Shown here: positions 57,958 through 61,964 of the stretch, piece by piece | Numbering within the stretch: position 1 is the first letter of the stretch | Layout: each line of letters begins with the position of its first letter | Assembly (NCBI GenBank): GCA_964355945.1 | Contig: CAYHGE010000010.1 | Coordinates: 1 to 61,964 of the forward strand | DNA length: 61,964 bases | Direction of reading: 5' to 3' | Origin: an uncultured Draconibacterium sp. | Lineage (GTDB): Bacteria > Bacteroidota > Bacteroidia > Bacteroidales > FEN-979 | Program-made: the position numbers and the translations under genes | The notes under the pieces: model-generated | What the model was told of the DNA's origin: nothing | What the model saw: only the letters and a program-made list of their open reading frames with translations | Database searches by the model: none

Positions 57958-58209
57958 ATGAGCACCAAGTTAACCCTGACCCTGGATCAATCAATTATTG
58001 AAAGTGCAAAGTCCTACGCAAAAGGTAAAGGCCGAAGCTTATCAGATATTGTTGAGAATTATTTGAAAACCATTAGCCGGGAACAAACAAAATCTGAAAT
58101 TGAGATCACTCCGGTCGTAAAATCCCTTAGAGGTTCATTTAAGGATCCTGGCGATTTTGACTATAAGAAAGAATTAGCAAAAGGACTGGCTGAAAAATAC
58201 ATGAAATGA
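57958..58209 (+). CDS. DUF6364 family RHH antitoxin
   Basis: TKLTLTLD..IIE.AK.YAK..GRSLS.IVENY. Confidence 0.85.
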   Translation: MSTKLTLTLDQSIIESAKSYAKGKGRSLSDIVENYLKTISREQTKSEIEITPVVKSLRGSFKDPGDFDYKKELAKGLAEKYMK

Positions 58210-58625
58210 AAAGGGTTTTGATTGATGCTGATGTAATCCTGGATTTTTTCTTTGACAGAAGGCCATTTTCAGAACATGCAACAATCCTGTTTTCATTATG
58301 TGAAGGGAAAAAAATCAGGGGTTTTATTACGCCAGTAACATACAGCAATGTTTATTATTTACTGAGACAAACCGCCAGGCATGAAAAAGTGATTGATAAA
58401 CTTGCACTGCTACTTTCGATTACAGATGTTCTGGCAATGGACAAAAAGGTTGTATTTCAGGCACTCAACTCCGGATTTAAAGATTTTGAAGATGCATTGC
58501 AGCATTATGCAGCATTTCAAAATAAAAATATTGATACGATAATAACGAGAAATATAAAAGATTACAAGTTAAGTGAAATCGGGGTATTGACTCCTGAAAA
58601 CTTTATTTCGACTATGGGTTTATAA
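58206..58625 (+). CDS. PIN domain (VapC-like) toxin
   Basis: LIDADVILD, DFEDALQ, TRNIKDY; 4-bp overlap with the antitoxin. Confidence 0.9.
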   Translation: MKRVLIDADVILDFFFDRRPFSEHATILFSLCEGKKIRGFITPVTYSNVYYLLRQTARHEKVIDKLALLLSITDVLAMDKKVVFQALNSGFKDFEDALQHYAAFQNKNIDTIITRNIKDYKLSEIGVLTPENFISTMGL

Positions 58626-58650
58626 CAAATATTGGAAGTCAGTGTTTATG

Positions 58651-59628
58651 TCAGAATACAACTTGTTCAATTTCTGAGAGTATCCTGAAAACTTCTTCTG
58701 TAGAATCCTGTGTTACCAGTTTCATCCTCCATGATTTGAAATTCGGGATGCCACGAAAATAACCGCTGTAGAGTTTGCGTATTTCGAACAGGGTGGCCCT
58801 TTCACCTTTGTATATTATTGAGGATTCCAGGTGCTGCCTGACGACAGAAATCCGTTCTGCAATCGTTGGCTCAGCAGAAACAGTGTGGTTGTTCAGCCAT
58901 GATTTGATCTCCCTGAAAATCCAGGGATTTCCGGTGGCGGCACGCCCGATCAGGATCCCGTCAACACCATAGCGGTTCCTCATCTCTTCAGCAATCTGGC
59001 CGGAAGTCACATCACCATTGCCAAAAACCGGGATATGCATTTTGGGATTGTTCTTCACCTCCCCGATCAGGGTCCAGTCTGCCTCTCCGCTGTAGAGCTG
59101 AGCACGGGTGCGCCCATGGATCGCAAGGGCACTGATACCCGCATCCTGCAGGCGTTCAGCAATGTCAACAATATCCTTGTGATCCTCGTCCCAGCCCAGC
59201 CTCGTTTTAACGGTGACAGGCAGCCGGGTTGATTTCACTACCGCGTCGGTCATCCTGATCATCTTCGGAATGTCCTGTAGCAGGGCAGCACCACCACCCT
59301 TCATCACGATCTTGCGCACGGGGCAGCCAAAATTGAGGTCGATGAAATCCGGGCCGGCTGATTCAGCCACCTCGGCGGCTTTCATCATCGATTCAACATT
59401 TTCGCCAAAGATCTGAATGCCGAGAGGCCTTTCCTGCGGCTCAAACCTCATTTTATTGTTACTTTTTTCGGCATCACGGATCAACCCTTCGGCAGCGATG
59501 AATTCTGTCACCAGCACATCCGCTCCGTACTGTTTGCAGATCACCCGGAATGGTGAGTCTGTAACATCCTCCATTGGGGCCAGAATGAGCGGGAAGCTCC
59601 CTAAATCAATATTTCCGATCTTTGGCAA
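58651..59628 (-). CDS. dusB: tRNA dihydrouridine synthase B
   Basis: LAPMEDVTD, DLNFGCP, HGRTR, GNGD; probable TTG start (LPKIGNI) downstream of a TATTTTTG box. Confidence 0.93.
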   Translation of the reverse strand: MPKIGNIDLGSFPLILAPMEDVTDSPFRVICKQYGADVLVTEFIAAEGLIRDAEKSNNKMRFEPQERPLGIQIFGENVESMMKAAEVAESAGPDFIDLNFGCPVRKIVMKGGGAALLQDIPKMIRMTDAVVKSTRLPVTVKTRLGWDEDHKDIVDIAERLQDAGISALAIHGRTRAQLYSGEADWTLIGEVKNNPKMHIPVFGNGDVTSGQIAEEMRNRYGVDGILIGRAATGNPWIFREIKSWLNNHTVSAEPTIAERISVVRQHLESSIIYKGERATLFEIRKLYSGYFRGIPNFKSWRMKLVTQDSTEEVFRILSEIEQVVF

Positions 59629-59664
59629 ATTGTGGTAATTTAGCGGCAAAAATAGCCATAATCC

Positions 59665-60597
59665 ATGGATTTTCGTAATCAACCGATCCTTGAAAGCCTG
59701 ACACCGGCCACCCGGTTGTTGTTTGTTATTTTACTCGTCATCTCATGCTTTGCAATCACATTCCTCATTGGATTGTTGCTGGCAGTACCTCTTTTTGGGT
59801 TAAGCCTGAATAACTTCATTGCGGCAATGTCCGACTACAATGATCCTAAAACAATTCAACTGCTTCAGTATTTCCAGGTAATTCAGTCGTTTGGCTTGTT
59901 TATTTTTCCTGCTTTGCTTGCCGGCTACTTCTTTGAACGAAACAGTGTCCGATACCTTTCTGCCAACAAGGCATCTAAATGGCCTCTTTACCTCGCTGTT
60001 CTGATCCTCATGTTTGTTTCACTTCCTTTTACCAACTGGATGGTGACAGCGAATGAGGCAATGAGACTTCCCGAATTTCTGAAAGGGATGGAGGATTGGA
60101 TGAAAACCACGGAGGAGGAAGCCGCAAAACTTACAGATGCCTTCCTGAACATGCCCACATTCGGTGGGTTTCTGTTTAACATCGTGATGATTGCCATGCT
60201 GCCTGCCATTGGAGAAGAATTTATGTTCCGCGGACTGCTGCAGCGGTTGTTCAAAGAATGGCTGGGAAATATCCACATTGCCATCTTTATCTCGGCCTTT
60301 CTCTTTTCTGCCATGCATGTCCAGTTTTATGGTTTTTTCCCCCGGATGATGCTCGGGATCATGTTTGGATACATGTTTTACATGACCGGTTCCCTTTGGG
60401 TGCCGGTTTGGGCTCATTTTATCAACAATGGTGCAGCGGTAACCGTTGCTTACCTCAGTCAGCATGGAATCCTGACAGGTGATTATGAAAACTTTGGTGC
60501 AACCGGGAATGTTTTTTTTATCCTATTGAGTGGATTGGCCATCCCGGCAATCTTTTATTTAATTTACAGGTTGAAACCCGCCGAGAACGACGGCTGA
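59665..60597 (+). CDS. CPBP family intramembrane metalloprotease
   Basis: GEEFMFRG, FSAMH, HFINN. Confidence 0.92.
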   Translation: MDFRNQPILESLTPATRLLFVILLVISCFAITFLIGLLLAVPLFGLSLNNFIAAMSDYNDPKTIQLLQYFQVIQSFGLFIFPALLAGYFFERNSVRYLSANKASKWPLYLAVLILMFVSLPFTNWMVTANEAMRLPEFLKGMEDWMKTTEEEAAKLTDAFLNMPTFGGFLFNIVMIAMLPAIGEEFMFRGLLQRLFKEWLGNIHIAIFISAFLFSAMHVQFYGFFPRMMLGIMFGYMFYMTGSLWVPVWAHFINNGAAVTVAYLSQHGILTGDYENFGATGNVFFILLSGLAIPAIFYLIYRLKPAENDG

Positions 60598-60627
60598 ATA
60601 ACTGTAAGGAGAGTGTGTTTAGTTTTT

Positions 60628-60830
60628 GGGCTGAAGCCCTGCACACATCTGCCTTCCTGGACCCCGGCCTGAAGGCCGGGGCAATCCAGGCCGGGGCAAT
60701 CCAGGCCGGGGCAATCCAGGCCGCCGGGGCAATCCAGGCCGGGGCGGGGATCTGCTGTAATTGCTCCCTGAATTGCCACGGCCTTCAGGCCGTGGTTCAG
60801 AAAGCTTGCAACATCAATGGGCTTTAGCCC
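60628..60830. repeat. Second REP family arranged as an inverted pair, with internal 15-bp tandem amplification
   Basis: GGGCTGAAGCCC..CCCCGGCCTGAAGGCCGGGGCAAT, (CCAGGCCGGGGCAAT) x~4, ATTGCCACGGCCTTCAGGCCGTGG..GGGCTTTAGCCC. Confidence 0.8.
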
Positions 60831-60872
60831 AACAATATTTAATAATTGGACCATTCAGCAAATTGTAATTGC

Positions 60873-61964
60873 ATGATATTCAGCAGTAAATATCTTTTCA
60901 CTGATCTCCCCGGAAGCAGGCTTTGTCCCTTCGACATCATCCTGTTAACCCTTTATGCACTTACTTGTCTTGGAATTGGACTGCATGCCTCCCGGCGAAA
61001 AACAGATTCCGACTTCATGATCGCCGGCCGGAAAATCGGAGTAATCGGGTTTGTTACATCAGTCGTGGCCAGTTATATAGGTGGTGCAGCCCTGGTCGCT
61101 TACACAGCCTATGTATATCGTTTTGGGATCTCGGCGATTGCAGTATTCCTTGGAACCGCCATCGGCTTCATCGTGTTCATCCCTTATGCAATGAAACTCC
61201 GGAAATTCAGCGGAGATCGCGAATTTTATACCCTGAGCGACTGGCTCAATTTTAAAATGGGAAAAACAGTTGGCCTCGCCTCCGCTGTAATTCTGATGCT
61301 CGTCTATTCAGGCATGTTGCTCAACCAGTTCATTGCAGGCAGCAGCATACTGGCAAACATCAGCGGCTGGTCCTATGAGACCGGACTCCTTATCAGCAGC
61401 TGCATCATTGCAACGTACCTTCTTGCCGGCGGGTTCCGCAGTGTGATCCGGACAGATATTTTTCAGTATATGGTCATGGTGGTGATGCTGGGGCTGCTTG
61501 GTGTTGTGATGATCAGCGACCAGCGCTCGTTTGTGATGGAACTGGTAGATTTCTCACGAATGAATGTCGGCATGACCATCGCCTTTACTGCATTTGGCAT
61601 ACTGATCATCTTCCAGTCGGCCGAATACTGGCAGCGGGTTTATGGCGCTAAATCCGACCGGGTCGTAAAGTCAGGACTGATCGGCTCGGCTATTTTTACT
61701 GTACTTACAGGAGTCGCCATTACCATGGTCGGACTCTCTGCCCATATCCACATTCCGGGGATAGAAGCCAAAGATGCCTTCGCTGAAGGATTGACACTGC
61801 TGATGCCGGATAAACTTCTGGGCGCCGCCCTGATCCTCATCTTTGCTGCGATCATGAGTTCAGCAGATACACAGATATTTGTCCTGGCATCTTCTGTGGC
61901 GGTTGACTGGGTGGACAAACTCTCCGGAAAAAAGTCGGACAACAAACGACGGATGAAGATCACC
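60873..61964 (+). CDS. Sodium:solute symporter family protein (3' end outside window; absent from the ORF track)
   Basis: Own translation: DFMIAGRKIG, ASYIGG, GGFRSVIRTD.FQ, YWQRVYGA, AAIMSSADT. Confidence 0.9.
   Translation, partial: MIFSSKYLFTDLPGSRLCPFDIILLTLYALTCLGIGLHASRRKTDSDFMIAGRKIGVIGFVTSVVASYIGGAALVAYTAYVYRFGISAIAVFLGTAIGFIVFIPYAMKLRKFSGDREFYTLSDWLNFKMGKTVGLASAVILMLVYSGMLLNQFIAGSSILANISGWSYETGLLISSCIIATYLLAGGFRSVIRTDIFQYMVMVVMLGLLGVVMISDQRSFVMELVDFSRMNVGMTIAFTAFGILIIFQSAEYWQRVYGAKSDRVVKSGLIGSAIFTVLTGVAITMVGLSAHIHIPGIEAKDAFAEGLTLLMPDKLLGAALILIFAAIMSSADTQIFVLASSVAVDWVDKLSGKKSDNKRRMKIT

Noticed and set aside
60564-60854. ORFs with repeated LDCPG or AIQAG units as RiPP precursors for the ATP-grasp/PqqD operon
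   Set aside because: The periodicity comes from a 15-bp amplification of a REP arm; the ORFs are translations of non-coding repeat DNA

Overview
Chromosomal segment of a Bacteroidota (Bacteroidales-like) bacterium, judged from T9SS C-terminal domains, TAnnTTTG -7 promoters and the purN/acpP-fabF-rnc-IPExxxVDY gene order. The first ~2 kb is the right edge of an integrated element: a catalytically degenerate IS630 ORF, a tyrosine integrase, arm-type repeats and a tRNA 3'-end att copy. Then come secreted and envelope proteins (an IPTL-CTERM protein, T9SS cargo, M13 and M16 peptidases, LytS/LytTR), a hicBA pair, and a RAYT transposase whose GTAG-type REP palindromes recur across the window, two of them inside the SRAP coding sequence. 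The most notable block is a tightly coupled operon at 22999-30075 that I cannot assign to a characterised pathway: PqqD/RRE, ATP-grasp ligase, fold-III PLP decarboxylase, urea-transporter/M23-peptidase fusion, TPR-beta-barrel and periplasmic TPR protein. It is preceded by an HMA-AraC regulator and a tandem promoter box that recurs at 8.8 kb. The right half is mostly housekeeping (mrdA-rodA, rsmI, rprXY-like TCS with a candidate divergent sRNA, pgi, purN, acpP, fabF, rnc, pheS, tdk, dusB), plus a PIN-type toxin-antitoxin pair and a sodium:solute symporter running off the end. All calls come from motif recognition by eye; no searches were run.
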